A stretch of DNA of 64,000 bases from an uncultured Nitrososphaerota archaeon (GCA_963838925.1 CAWISW010000003.1:128001-192000), one strand, 5' to 3'; counted from the stretch's first letter, positions 50,242 through 59,272 are shown. Made by a program: numbers and translations. The notes: generated by a model from the sequence alone, not told the origin.

Positions 50242-50292
50242 GGCGAGCGTGCCGATGTGGTCGATCAGGTAGATAACGCTTCGAGACAGTCC

Positions 50293-51126
50293 TTAGGGTT
50301 CGTCTGTGGGGTCCCAGACCGTGTGCAGGTCCTCGCCGAGGGAGTCGAGCCTGGACATGTCCGCAGAGGAGATCTCGAAATCGAAGACCTCGCTGTTCTC
50401 CTTGATTCTCTCGGGGCGGGTCGACTTTGGGATGACGACGAGCCCGTGCTGCAGGCCCCAACGTATCATGACCTGGGCGGGGCTCTTGGAGTAACTTCGG
50501 GCGACGTCGAGGACGACGGGGTGGTCGAGCTTGTGCCCGCGGGTCAGGGGGCTGTAGGCCTCGAGCTGTATCCCGTTGCCGTCGCAGAAGCGGAGCAGCT
50601 CCTTCTGGTAGAGGAATGGGTTGAACTCGACCTGGTCGACTGCGGGGATGACATCCGAGCTGCCGAGCAGCTCCTGGAGGTGCCTGACGGTGTAGTTGCT
50701 AACGCCTATGGCCCGGCACGAGCCCCGTCGCTGGAGCTCCACGAGCGCCCTCCAGCTCTCGCCCCTGAGCTCCGGGACCGGCCAGTGGATCAGGTAGAGG
50801 TCGATGTAGTCCAGCCCGAGCCGCCGCATGCTCGCCTCGCAGGCGGACAGGGCGGAGTCGTAGCCCTGGTCGGCGTTCCAGAGCTTTGTGGTGACGAAGA
50901 TCTGCTCGCGCGGCACCCCGCTGTCTTTGATTCCCCGGCCCACGTCCTCCTCGTTCCCGTAGATCCTCGCCGTGTCGATGTGCCGGTAGCCCGCCTCCAG
51001 GGCGTACTTCACGGCCTCCTGGGTGACCCTTCCGGGCGGCGTCTGGAACACACCAAGCCCAAGAATAGGTATCTCTGTGCCCGAGTTGAGCTTCCTAGTC
51101 GACGTCATCTTCAGTCCCGAAGACAT
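50293..51126 (-). CDS. aldo/keto reductase
   Basis: GYRHIDTA..YGNE, TTKLWN, LYLIHWP, IGVSN, EAYSPL, IPKS. Confidence 0.95.
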   Translation of the reverse strand: MSSGLKMTSTRKLNSGTEIPILGLGVFQTPPGRVTQEAVKYALEAGYRHIDTARIYGNEEDVGRGIKDSGVPREQIFVTTKLWNADQGYDSALSACEASMRRLGLDYIDLYLIHWPVPELRGESWRALVELQRRGSCRAIGVSNYTVRHLQELLGSSDVIPAVDQVEFNPFLYQKELLRFCDGNGIQLEAYSPLTRGHKLDHPVVLDVARSYSKSPAQVMIRWGLQHGLVVIPKSTRPERIKENSEVFDFEISSADMSRLDSLGEDLHTVWDPTDEP

Positions 51127-51198
51127 GCGCGCCAGATCGTGGAGCGCTGCCCGACCTTAAACCAACCGACCAGACACGCGCCTCCGAAGAAGTTTTAG

Positions 51199-51267
51199 GC
51201 CACGTATAGGGTTCATTGCGCCTCCGCCGGGGGGGGTTCAATCGCACGTTGAGCCATAGGTAGTGGA
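51199..51267 (+). repeat. cassette-boundary repeat copy 5
   Basis: GCCACGTATAGGGTTCATTGCGCCTCCGCCGGGGGGGGTTCAATCGCACGTTGAGCCATAGGTAGTGGA. Confidence 0.9.
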
Positions 51268-51322
51268 TTGAAGAGTTTGTTCGGCCTAACTTTGACTAGG
51301 AAGCATAACGGTTCTGTTCAAT

Positions 51323-52489
51323 CTACTGGACACGCCCCTCCCTGTTAACCCTCTGGACATGGGCGGCGTTCTGAATCAAAGTCCGCCATTTGTCGTCTCC
51401 CTCGATGGTGATTCCAGCGGCCTCGGCGGGAGTCTTGCCCTTCAATCCCTCGTGCGGCCTGACATAGTTGTGGAATATCTGGAATCCCGCGAGGATGGGG
51501 GAATCGGGATTCTTGAGGCCCCGCATCACACGCTCGCGGTCTCTGACTTCGCCGTTCTGTCGCTCCATCTTGTTGTTGTGGACGCTCCCCGCCATGCGAA
51601 TCTCCCTAACGTGGACGGCGCTCTCGCTCTCACCGTAGGGGTTGGACGGATTCTTGAACTCGTTGTAATACGCCTCGTGGAAGTTGTTGGCCCCGTCCGA
51701 GATGAGGGTCTTGGGAATCTTCCCCGCTACGGCCTTTGCCTCCCTGAACATCGGGGTAACGTCGTCCGTCCCCTTGTGTTCGGAGACCATCTGGGAAATC
51801 CTGAATCGTGTCTCGTCGTCCATCATGGCGAAGAGATACTTCATGTTGCCCGAGAACTTCACATACATCTCGTCGGTTCTCCATGTGTCGCCTACGTTGG
51901 GCGTGAAGTCCTTGAGGTATTCTTGCATCAGGCCGACATACTTTGTTATCCAGTTGTAGACGGTAACATGCGAGACCTTCACCCCCTGCATTCTGAGAAA
52001 CTTCTGGACGTTGCGGAAGGACTCACCAGTGAAATACAACTGCATGGCGCTCGTTATCGCTCGGGGGTTCGCTCCCATGCGCTCAAAGCCGAGGTTCATC
52101 GTGAACCTCTTGCCGCAATCTCGGCAAGAATACCGCTGGAGGTCTCCGCTCTTGTTGTGGAGAATCCCATGCTTCACTATGGAGGCCGAGCCGCATGATA
52201 GGCAACTCTGGTAGTCCAGCGGCACGATTCTCTTGGCGCTCTCTATTCGCCGCCGAATCTCAAGCGAGAGTTCGACGCCGAAGATGTGCTTACACTTCTG
52301 CTCACGATATACGAAGTCAGGGCAAGAGCATTTCCAGCCCGCCTCGGTCGAGAGGACGGTATACTCTCCCGAGCCTGATTGAGACCTTACGCGGTATTCG
52401 TTCTCGTCCAGCCTTCTCACGTTGCTCTCGACTTCTGCGATTGCTTGGCCTCGGGCCTTGCGGACTTCGACTTCTTGTTGGGTCGCCAT
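51323..52489 (-). CDS. IS6/IS240-type DDE transposase with N-terminal SWIM and zinc-ribbon domains
   Basis: CSCPDF...CKHI SWIM; C..C..KHG...QRY.C..C; WRTDE, ISDG, NN.MER DDE motifs. Confidence 0.9.
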   Translation of the reverse strand: MATQQEVEVRKARGQAIAEVESNVRRLDENEYRVRSQSGSGEYTVLSTEAGWKCSCPDFVYREQKCKHIFGVELSLEIRRRIESAKRIVPLDYQSCLSCGSASIVKHGILHNKSGDLQRYSCRDCGKRFTMNLGFERMGANPRAITSAMQLYFTGESFRNVQKFLRMQGVKVSHVTVYNWITKYVGLMQEYLKDFTPNVGDTWRTDEMYVKFSGNMKYLFAMMDDETRFRISQMVSEHKGTDDVTPMFREAKAVAGKIPKTLISDGANNFHEAYYNEFKNPSNPYGESESAVHVREIRMAGSVHNNKMERQNGEVRDRERVMRGLKNPDSPILAGFQIFHNYVRPHEGLKGKTPAEAAGITIEGDDKWRTLIQNAAHVQRVNREGRVQ

Positions 52490-52492
52490 ATT

Positions 52493-52554
52493 CCAATCCC
52501 TACCAATGGGTATACACGGTAAGGTATATATGGATTGCTATTGGTAGGTATTGG
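52493..52554. promoter_or_regulatory. inverted repeat spanning the divergent transposase/RHH promoter
   Basis: CCAATCCCTACCAAT (52493-52507) vs ATTGGTAGGTATTGG (52540-52554), 14/15 complementary; TATA-like boxes between them. Confidence 0.6.
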
Positions 52555-52555
52555 T

Positions 52556-52699
52556 ATGATGCAGAAAATCATGGTGAGCATGAGCGACGAAATGGTGAAG
52601 GCCCTCGAATCCGAGCGGAAGGCGAGGAAGGCGGACAGCATACCAGAGACGGTGAGGGCGGTTCTGGGGGAATACTTCAAGACAAAGGCAAGCGGGTAA
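52556..52699 (+). CDS. ribbon-helix-helix (CopG-like) protein, 47 aa
   Basis: Read manually: MMQKIMVSMSDEMVKALESERKARKADSIPETVRAVLGEYFKTKASG. Confidence 0.75.
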   Translation: MMQKIMVSMSDEMVKALESERKARKADSIPETVRAVLGEYFKTKASG

Positions 52700-52775
52700 T
52701 CTACCGCGTGGGGCGCGTCCTATTCTTCATTGGGCTGGGAGCAATCTGCATCGGTTGGCTCCCGCTCATATCTGG

Positions 52776-53636
52776 TCAGGGCCCCTTCGAAGTTGCTTTG
52801 TTAGTTCCTGCGGGCTTCGTATTGCTCGGCGTGGGCTGGGGGCTCTGTGGCTTCGATTGAGTCTCCTTCTCCTTCGTCAGTTCCAGCGCGATAGAGGTTC
52901 CTTCCAGATACGCAAAGGCGAGGATGGCCCATGTGAGGACGGTCTGAATCTTGGAGTTCTTAGCGTTCTGAATGTCGAGAGAGGATGCTACGGGGAGTAT
53001 CCTATCGGTGTAGCTGTATTGGCTCTCACCCAGAGAAGGTTGCTGGGGATTCGTGAAGTTCATGAAGTCGAGGATGACTGTCGGATAGTATTGCCCCGAA
53101 GCGGGGAAGTAGACGGTCTGGTTGACGCTCTGGTATGGGGATGTGCTGGTGAGGTTTGCTCTCGCCCAGAACATTCCCCAGAGAGTCCCCCCAAAGTCGA
53201 GTTCGTTCTGGGCGATAGGGGCACCGACTGGCAAATCACCATAGAAGCCAAATTGAACCTCTCGGAGATATTCTTTACAATAGTCAGAGACGGGAAGAAT
53301 TCCGCTATAGAGGAACTTAATCGGGGTTCCTTGCGCGAGAGTCCCGTTCCACTCTATCTTGATGGAGAGAAACACGCAGGTTTCGTTCGCCGCAAAGGGG
53401 TTATTGATTTGGCTCACGGTAATGTTCGCCGCAGGGGGGTCGTTGACCTGTCTTACGGCAATCGGGGACGCGGAGTTCGGAGGATAGTCAAGGAAGAAAG
53501 GCAAAATCTGCGGCTGTGGGGCTGGGTTCATAACTCCATAGTAGTCGAGTTGAACGGACAAGGCATAGACGAGACTCGAAGGAATGAGGAGGAAGAGGAG
53601 GGCTATTGCAATCCAGCGGGACGCTTTCAACGTCAA
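52776..53636 (-). CDS. IS passenger: signal-peptide and C-terminal-TM surface protein
   Basis: N-terminal hydrophobic signal, several N-x-S/T sequons, C-terminal TM and basic tail; lies inside the IRs. Confidence 0.7.
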   Translation of the reverse strand: MTLKASRWIAIALLFLLIPSSLVYALSVQLDYYGVMNPAPQPQILPFFLDYPPNSASPIAVRQVNDPPAANITVSQINNPFAANETCVFLSIKIEWNGTLAQGTPIKFLYSGILPVSDYCKEYLREVQFGFYGDLPVGAPIAQNELDFGGTLWGMFWARANLTSTSPYQSVNQTVYFPASGQYYPTVILDFMNFTNPQQPSLGESQYSYTDRILPVASSLDIQNAKNSKIQTVLTWAILAFAYLEGTSIALELTKEKETQSKPQSPQPTPSNTKPAGTNKATSKGP

Positions 53637-53774
53637 CGAGCTTTGTCCAGCCTCTTAACAGGGTTGCGCGTGTCCAGAGGATTGAACAGAACCAGCATAA
53701 CCTACCCACAGAAGGCTTTTATGTAGCGCCGTTCTTTCGGGTCACTACCAACTGCTCGCCTTCGTAGCAGTCGG

Positions 53775-54668
53775 ATGCTAAATTCCAGAAATCTGACGCC
53801 GTCGAAGGACAATGTTTCGGATGCCCGGAGCGGTGAGAGTCGTCTATATCCAATCGAATCAGCGAATTGGCATCTTACGGATCGCTGTAACTACTCCTGC
53901 AAATTCTGCTTCATGAAGGAGCTTCTTGGAGCAGAAGCTGACTTGGCCGGAGGAAGAGAAATCATCGCAGCACTCGCCAAGATGGGAATCACTAAACTGA
54001 ACTTCGTCGGCGGGGAACCATTGCTGCATCCAAATCTGAAAGACTTCGCCGCGATAGCAAGAATCAGTGGTATGACGGTGAGCATCGTCACAAACGCGTC
54101 CCTGCTTTCAAGAGCCAAACTTTTGGATTTAAGGCCGTTTGTCGACTGGATTGGGGTATCCATCGACTCCAGCCGAGAGGTCGTGGAATCTGCTCTCGGC
54201 AGAGGTCACGGGAACCACGTAGAGAATGCAGTCCGAGTTTGCCGCTCGATCAAGAGAGAGGGAATCAAGCTAAAAATCAACACGGTTGTTACCAAACTGA
54301 ATTTCGAGGAGGATATGTGCCCTCTGATTGCTGAACTAAGCCCACTTAGGTGGAAGGTTTTCCAAATGTTGGTAATAACGGGTCAAAATGAGGAACACAT
54401 GGGCAGACTAGCACCATCTAGTCAAGAATTTGAAATATTCAAACGAATTAACCGTGAAGTCAAATTGGAATCGGGTCAACTTCCAACCTTTGAGACGAGC
54501 GACGATATGGTCGATTCGTATCTCATATTGGCACCGGATGGAAGTATAATCCAGAATAGTAACCACCGATATAGGTTCATTCCACTGCAAACAGTTGTCA
54601 ACTCCGGACTCTCAGGAATCGTCAGCCAGAAGGCGTATCAAGCCCGTGGTGCGAGATATGAATGGTAG
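53775..54668 (+). CDS. prokaryotic viperin (pVip) radical-SAM antiviral enzyme
   Basis: NWHLT.RCNY.CKFCF, KLNF.GGEP, SIVTN.S, SIDS, KINTVV, RWKVFQ, M.DSY, C-terminal RG..Y.W. Confidence 0.88.
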   Translation: MLNSRNLTPSKDNVSDARSGESRLYPIESANWHLTDRCNYSCKFCFMKELLGAEADLAGGREIIAALAKMGITKLNFVGGEPLLHPNLKDFAAIARISGMTVSIVTNASLLSRAKLLDLRPFVDWIGVSIDSSREVVESALGRGHGNHVENAVRVCRSIKREGIKLKINTVVTKLNFEEDMCPLIAELSPLRWKVFQMLVITGQNEEHMGRLAPSSQEFEIFKRINREVKLESGQLPTFETSDDMVDSYLILAPDGSIIQNSNHRYRFIPLQTVVNSGLSGIVSQKAYQARGARYEW

Positions 54669-54738
54669 CCACTTTGAAAAGGGGCGCACTGAGTTGGCCA
54701 TCCAAGGTCAACAGGCTGAGTTCTAGCGGAGGCGACTG

Positions 54739-57438
54739 ATGATGCCATTCAAGATGTATGTCTGCGGAGAGCTCCAATTCCCCCGAGAGAAGCGTCACAT
54801 GAATGTCATGCTAAAGAATCTTAGTGACAAGTACAAGGACTCTCCCAATGACTGCACTGTGTTCATAGCCGGGACAATTCTGCTTCAACTCGACGACGGT
54901 ACTCGCGTTCAGCAGGAAGTCGACGTGATCGTTCTGAAGGACAACCGAATAATAATCCTTGAACTCAAGAACATTTCAGGCGACATTATAGCCGACTGTT
55001 CCTACTACTCCCCCTGGCTAGCCGACGGAATGGCTTTCATTATGAAGGAGAAGACCGTCAACCCCTATGTTCAGGTGCGAAGAGAAAGAAGCGTCTTAAA
55101 TCAATACCTTTCTGGTTACATTCTCCAAAGTCTCATTGAGAAGGAACGAATGAGATCCAGAGAGGAAGAAGAGAGAGTCAGGGTAGTGATTGGCAGAAAG
55201 ATTTCGGCATGGGTTGTGACTAACGCCCCCTCTAGGATAAGCGTCGTCAATCTGCCTCCTGAGGGGTACAGCTGGTTCAATGCAATACCGGTGAATCAGG
55301 TTGCAGACGCTCTCATGATTGAGGGGGAAAGTGATGGTCTTCTTACTCAGAATCAACTGGAGTATTTTGCGACCAGCCTCAGAGCACGACCTTGCACCCT
55401 ATCGGACTGGTTAATGAGAGCTCCCCAGCGAGAGGAGACCCGAAAGAAGGGCTATTCGAGGCTAGGCGTTGTGGACAGCCTCTTCGAATTGGGGCGAGAT
55501 GAAGAAGCTATGAGTGCGCTTCGTTACGTCAGGGAACTTAGGCTTTATGCGTACTTGAACGAAGTAGGAACTTGCTTTCATTTCCAAAGTCCCCAGATAA
55601 GAAAATTGGCTCTGATTATCCTGATCGAATGGAGCGTAGAAGGTCTAGGAAGCCTCCTCAGCGAAGCTCTTGTGGACGATGATGCGGCTGTGAGGTCGCT
55701 GTCCCTCTCTTGGTTGAAGGACGTGAGCTACCCGGAGGCCTTCGACGCCCTGTGCGAGATTGTGAAAAGAGGTTATTCTTCCGACTTCGAAGCCGCGCTC
55801 AGGGCTATTGAAATCTCCAGAGCGGGAAAGGAGTGCGATTTCGTATTCAACCTAGCGCAGGAGAAGATATGGGGATCGCCGTTTGCGAATTACACGAGGC
55901 TCAGAGCACTCGAGACCAAGCAGCGAGAATACCGCTGGGCCGTGTATGACAAGAAGGATGAATCTGCCCAGAAGCTGGTCGAGGAGTACGAAAGACTCGA
56001 AGCTGACTTTGGATCTTATCTGAAATTATTCGGTTTGCTCTGCGGGACGCTCGGAAGACTACGGTGCAGTCGCGCAGTTCCCGCGTTGATAGAAACAATG
56101 AGAACTCCAGAAAAACTTGGGTTGGCCGGCGTGCCATGGAACAAGCCAACTTGGGAGCAGGAGGATTCGAGTTTCGATTATTACGGAATATTCAGTATAG
56201 TGGTTTCAGCGCTAGGGGAGATAGGCAACCACGATGCAACCAAGCCGCTCATAGAATGCCTTCATGATGCCCCTGAAGACTGGCAGGCTGCGACCATTGA
56301 TGCGCTCGGAGTCCTGCGTGACGGCGAAGCTGTGAATGATATCAAGGTCTTCCTGTCAAGCGAGATTCATGGCAGGAGAGAGACCGCATTCAGAGCGCTT
56401 TCCGTCATTGGCACCGATGAAGCATATCGGGCAATGATGGACTATTACCTCGGCGCCCTAAGCGATCCCAATGAGGAAAGAAGGCACGAGGTCTACAGTA
56501 TGGAGCACCAGCTGGAACTGAACAACAGAAGCAAGTTTGAGGAATCGATCATCAACCTGCTACGGGACAAAGGATTCCCTGGCCATGAGAAGGGTTTCTT
56601 GAACGCCCTGGGTTCGATTGCCACGACGAAATCAATCGATTCTTTGTTCTCCTTCAGCTCGGACCCAGATAATTACGAGCAGGCTGGGTCCATCCTCTCG
56701 CGAGTCTTGACGCCAGAGGCGAGCGACAGGGCGAGAGCGCTCCTGGCCTCTCAGAACCCGATCGAAGTCGCCTTCGCCATCTACGCCCTATGGACGCGCT
56801 CCAGCGAGGGCTACGTCAAGCTTCAGGACTTCGAGTCGAGTCCGAGTGCCGACGTAAGGAGGGCTGTTGCCTACATGTACTATCGGCGAAAAGATAGGAT
56901 GAGACTGAGGCGGTTTGCGAACGATGAGGACAATGAAGTGAAGTACGCGGTTTTCAGTACTTTTCGCGACGCTGGCAAGGCAACTCTCGAGCGCAATCTG
57001 ACCGCGACATCTGAGCAGTGCAGGAGAGGATACCTCGTGCGCACCGAGGAAGCTCTTGTTATCACTCAGGGGAATCAGATAACAATTGCTTCTCCAGAAG
57101 ATATTCGAGTCGTTTTGGTTACCAAACATGTGGATGAGATCGGTCTGTACCTTGTAGTTCAACAAGGTGTCTTGTACAGGAGTTTCCTTGTAGCGCCTTC
57201 CAGAGAGGATTCCAGAGATGACGATGTGAATGCGAAGAGAACTGAGGACTTCTACTACGCTGTCTTGGACCTCACGAGGCGGACATTTTGGCAAGAGCCT
57301 GAGGTTGAAGAGCAAAGAGCAATCTCAAGAATGTGGGACAGAATAATGGAAAAAAGAAAGTCTCGAGCTGCTTCCGAGGCAGCAAGAAATCGAGACGAGA
57401 CTTCCGATGATGAGCAGAGAGAGGAAGGTTTTCTTTGA
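54739..57438 (+). CDS. NERD nuclease domain + HEAT-repeat protein
   Basis: EVDVIVL.....IILELKNISG.I...W...NPY.Q NERD motif; repeated ALG.IG...A..PL HEAT units. Confidence 0.85.
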   Translation: MMPFKMYVCGELQFPREKRHMNVMLKNLSDKYKDSPNDCTVFIAGTILLQLDDGTRVQQEVDVIVLKDNRIIILELKNISGDIIADCSYYSPWLADGMAFIMKEKTVNPYVQVRRERSVLNQYLSGYILQSLIEKERMRSREEEERVRVVIGRKISAWVVTNAPSRISVVNLPPEGYSWFNAIPVNQVADALMIEGESDGLLTQNQLEYFATSLRARPCTLSDWLMRAPQREETRKKGYSRLGVVDSLFELGRDEEAMSALRYVRELRLYAYLNEVGTCFHFQSPQIRKLALIILIEWSVEGLGSLLSEALVDDDAAVRSLSLSWLKDVSYPEAFDALCEIVKRGYSSDFEAALRAIEISRAGKECDFVFNLAQEKIWGSPFANYTRLRALETKQREYRWAVYDKKDESAQKLVEEYERLEADFGSYLKLFGLLCGTLGRLRCSRAVPALIETMRTPEKLGLAGVPWNKPTWEQEDSSFDYYGIFSIVVSALGEIGNHDATKPLIECLHDAPEDWQAATIDALGVLRDGEAVNDIKVFLSSEIHGRRETAFRALSVIGTDEAYRAMMDYYLGALSDPNEERRHEVYSMEHQLELNNRSKFEESIINLLRDKGFPGHEKGFLNALGSIATTKSIDSLFSFSSDPDNYEQAGSILSRVLTPEASDRARALLASQNPIEVAFAIYALWTRSSEGYVKLQDFESSPSADVRRAVAYMYYRRKDRMRLRRFANDEDNEVKYAVFSTFRDAGKATLERNLTATSEQCRRGYLVRTEEALVITQGNQITIASPEDIRVVLVTKHVDEIGLYLVVQQGVLYRSFLVAPSREDSRDDDVNAKRTEDFYYAVLDLTRRTFWQEPEVEEQRAISRMWDRIMEKRKSRAASEAARNRDETSDDEQREEGFL

Positions 57439-57467
57439 CAATTCAAGATCTTTTCAAACAGAATTAC

Positions 57468-57545
57468 TTCGTTGCGCCTCCGCCGGGGCATTTCACTCAC
57501 ACGTTGAGCTATAGGTAGTGGACGGGCTGAACTAGTCGCCCGAAG
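57468..57545 (+). repeat. cassette-boundary repeat copy 6
   Basis: 57472-57545 is identical over 74 bp to copy 7 (58600-58673). Confidence 0.95.
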
Positions 57546-57617
57546 GCTTCTAGCGTACACCCCCACCCCTTCAACGCGATCTTACGCCGCGCAGGGTCAA
57601 GTCCCCTGGGGAGGCCC

Positions 57618-58523
57618 CTACGAGTAGCGTTTGAACTCCCGTAGGTATCGCCTGAAGAACCAGCTCGTAAAGACGCGCTCTTCCTTGCCGAGCTGCGAGC
57701 GCTCGAGCGCGTTGTAGTACGCGCCTCTGTTCTTGTACTCGATGTTGAGCATGGGATAGCCGGACTTGTGCAAGGCGAAGTTCATCATCAGCCTGCTGAC
57801 CCTGCCGTTCCCATCCCCGAACGGATGGATCGTCACAAACTTGAGGTGGACGAGCGCTGCCAGCTCCACCGGATGGATCCTCGCCTTGTCCCGGTCATAC
57901 CACCTGAAGAAATCGGCGAGCATTGGTTGCAGCTCGACCGGAGATGGAGGGACGTACCTGCTCCCCGCGATCCCGACTCCGCTCTTCCGGACACGTCCCG
58001 CTATATCGGGCTTGGTGTTCTTGAAGAGCCCCCAGTGCCAGCCAAGCACGAGCTGGAGCGAGAGGCTCTTGGTGGACCCGAGCATCTCGAAGAACACCCT
58101 TTGGTGCGCCTCTGCCTCCTTGACGTCTTCGACGGGCTTCCCGCCGGGGCTAATTCCCTCCTCCAACAGCTGCGCGGTCTCTCTGAGGCTCAGCGTCGAG
58201 CCCTCGATCCTCTGGGTGTCGTAAGTGAATTTGACCGAGAAAGTCCGCAGCTCCTTCTTTCTCGTCGACTCTGGATATGTCCGTAGCGCAGCGCGGTAGT
58301 TCTTCTTTATGCCGTCAAACTTGTCGAACCACTTCTCCTTGTCGAGTTCGAACACAAACCGCCTTTTGATCTCGTCGATGTCTTTCGGTATCGCTCTTCC
58401 CAGGTACTTTGACTTTTGGCTGAATCGGTCCTTGTCTCTGATCGTGTGCTCCAAGTAGTAGTACGTGACTCCCTTTACTCTCCGCTTCACTATGGTGGTC
58501 ACGGGACTGTTTATTATCAACAC
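57618..58523 (-). CDS. Fic-domain protein
   Basis: TQRIEGST and HPFGDGNGRVSR motifs. Confidence 0.93.
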   Translation of the reverse strand: MLIINSPVTTIVKRRVKGVTYYYLEHTIRDKDRFSQKSKYLGRAIPKDIDEIKRRFVFELDKEKWFDKFDGIKKNYRAALRTYPESTRKKELRTFSVKFTYDTQRIEGSTLSLRETAQLLEEGISPGGKPVEDVKEAEAHQRVFFEMLGSTKSLSLQLVLGWHWGLFKNTKPDIAGRVRKSGVGIAGSRYVPPSPVELQPMLADFFRWYDRDKARIHPVELAALVHLKFVTIHPFGDGNGRVSRLMMNFALHKSGYPMLNIEYKNRGAYYNALERSQLGKEERVFTSWFFRRYLREFKRYS

Positions 58524-58591
58524 ATATTGATAAGCTTTTACATTATGTATGCAATGTGCTGATAACTACGCGCGCTGAAAGGAGTGCTGCA

Positions 58592-58673
58592 AGGGTTCAT
58601 TGCGCCTCCGCCGGGGCATTTCACTCACACGTTGAGCTATAGGTAGTGGACGGGCTGAACTAGTCGCCCGAAG
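58592..58673 (+). repeat. cassette-boundary repeat copy 7 (consensus-like)
   Basis: AGGGTTCATTGCGCCTCCGCCGGGGCATTTCACTCACACGTTGAGCTATAGGTAGTGGACGGGCTGAACTAGTCGCCCGAAG. Confidence 0.95.
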
Positions 58674-58678
58674 CGGTC

Positions 58679-58945
58679 TCATCTCGTCCGGTAGACGCGG
58701 TCGTGGTGCTCATAGTCCTCCAGTACCACAGTCTTCCTTGCCTCGTCGATCGAGAACATCAGGACGTAGTTGCCGATGTGGACCCGCCTCTTGCCCGTGA
58801 GAGGAAAGCGGAGGGGCTTGTACGCGTGCGGGTCAGCGACTATCTCCTCGATCTTCTTCGCTATCGCTTCCATCTGCTTGCTGTCTTTCTTGGCTAGCTT
58901 CTTGAACGCCCTGTCCAGGTGCTCCCTGATTTCGACTTCATACAT
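58679..58945 (-). CDS. RelE/ParE-family toxin
   Basis: MY.V......R.FKKL...KPLR..L.G.RRVHIG.YVL...HHD.VY. Confidence 0.88.
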   Translation of the reverse strand: MYEVEIREHLDRAFKKLAKKDSKQMEAIAKKIEEIVADPHAYKPLRFPLTGKRRVHIGNYVLMFSIDEARKTVVLEDYEHHDRVYRTR

Positions 58946-59188
58946 TCACTTCAATCCGTACCTCTTCCGTAGTTCCCCAGCAGTCCCGACCCTGATTATC
59001 CGCTCCTTCTGGATCTCCATGAGCCTCCGTATGTACTCCGGCCTGAACTCGGATTCCAGGACGATCTTCCTGTACTCCTTGGCCAGCTTGTTGATGGCCT
59101 GGGACTTGTCCCTCAAGCCAAATTGTGCCTTGAGGATGTTGATGACCTTGTTGGCCTCTTCGTCGATGTCCACAATAGCCTTGACCAT
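58946..59188 (-). CDS. antitoxin (DUF2683-like)
   Basis: MVKA.VDI.EEAN.VINI.KA..GL.DKSQAI...RPEY; directly upstream of the toxin. Confidence 0.8.
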   Translation of the reverse strand: MVKAIVDIDEEANKVINILKAQFGLRDKSQAINKLAKEYRKIVLESEFRPEYIRRLMEIQKERIIRVGTAGELRKRYGLK

Positions 59189-59219
59189 ATTAACATGGTA
59201 TTAATACGCCAATATTAAG
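59188..59219 (-). promoter_or_regulatory. TA promoter/operator
   Basis: CTTAATATT TATA-like box at 59211-59219; perfect palindrome GTATTAATAC at 59198-59207; three TATTAA repeats. Confidence 0.55.
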
Positions 59220-59239
59220 CGTTGGGATTCGCAGTGCAT

Positions 59240-59272
59240 AGGGGTTCGCGCCTCCGCCGGGGCATTTTCTCA
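59240..59272 (+). repeat. cassette-boundary repeat copy 8 (3-nt deletion in left arm)
   Basis: AGGGGTTCGCGCCTCCGCCGGGGCATTTTCTCA. Confidence 0.88.

Larger units (their letters stand above)
51310..53693 (-). mobile_element. IS6-family element carrying passenger genes (2384 bp)
   Basis: 50-bp imperfect IRs starting GGTTCTGTTCAATC (51310-51359 and 53644-53693, 41/50 identical); 8-bp TSD AGCATAAC at 51302-51309 and 53694-53701. Confidence 0.93.

Noticed and set aside
52195-53726. Plus-strand ORFs 52195-52860 and 52755-53726 inside the IS
   Set aside because: They overlap the better-supported transposase, RHH and passenger genes and show no motifs.
58592-58673. Repeat as a tRNA 3' fragment (attL/attR), because of GGGTTC
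   Set aside because: No TTCRAATCC T-arm, acceptor stem or CCA on either strand; I found no tRNA gene in the window.
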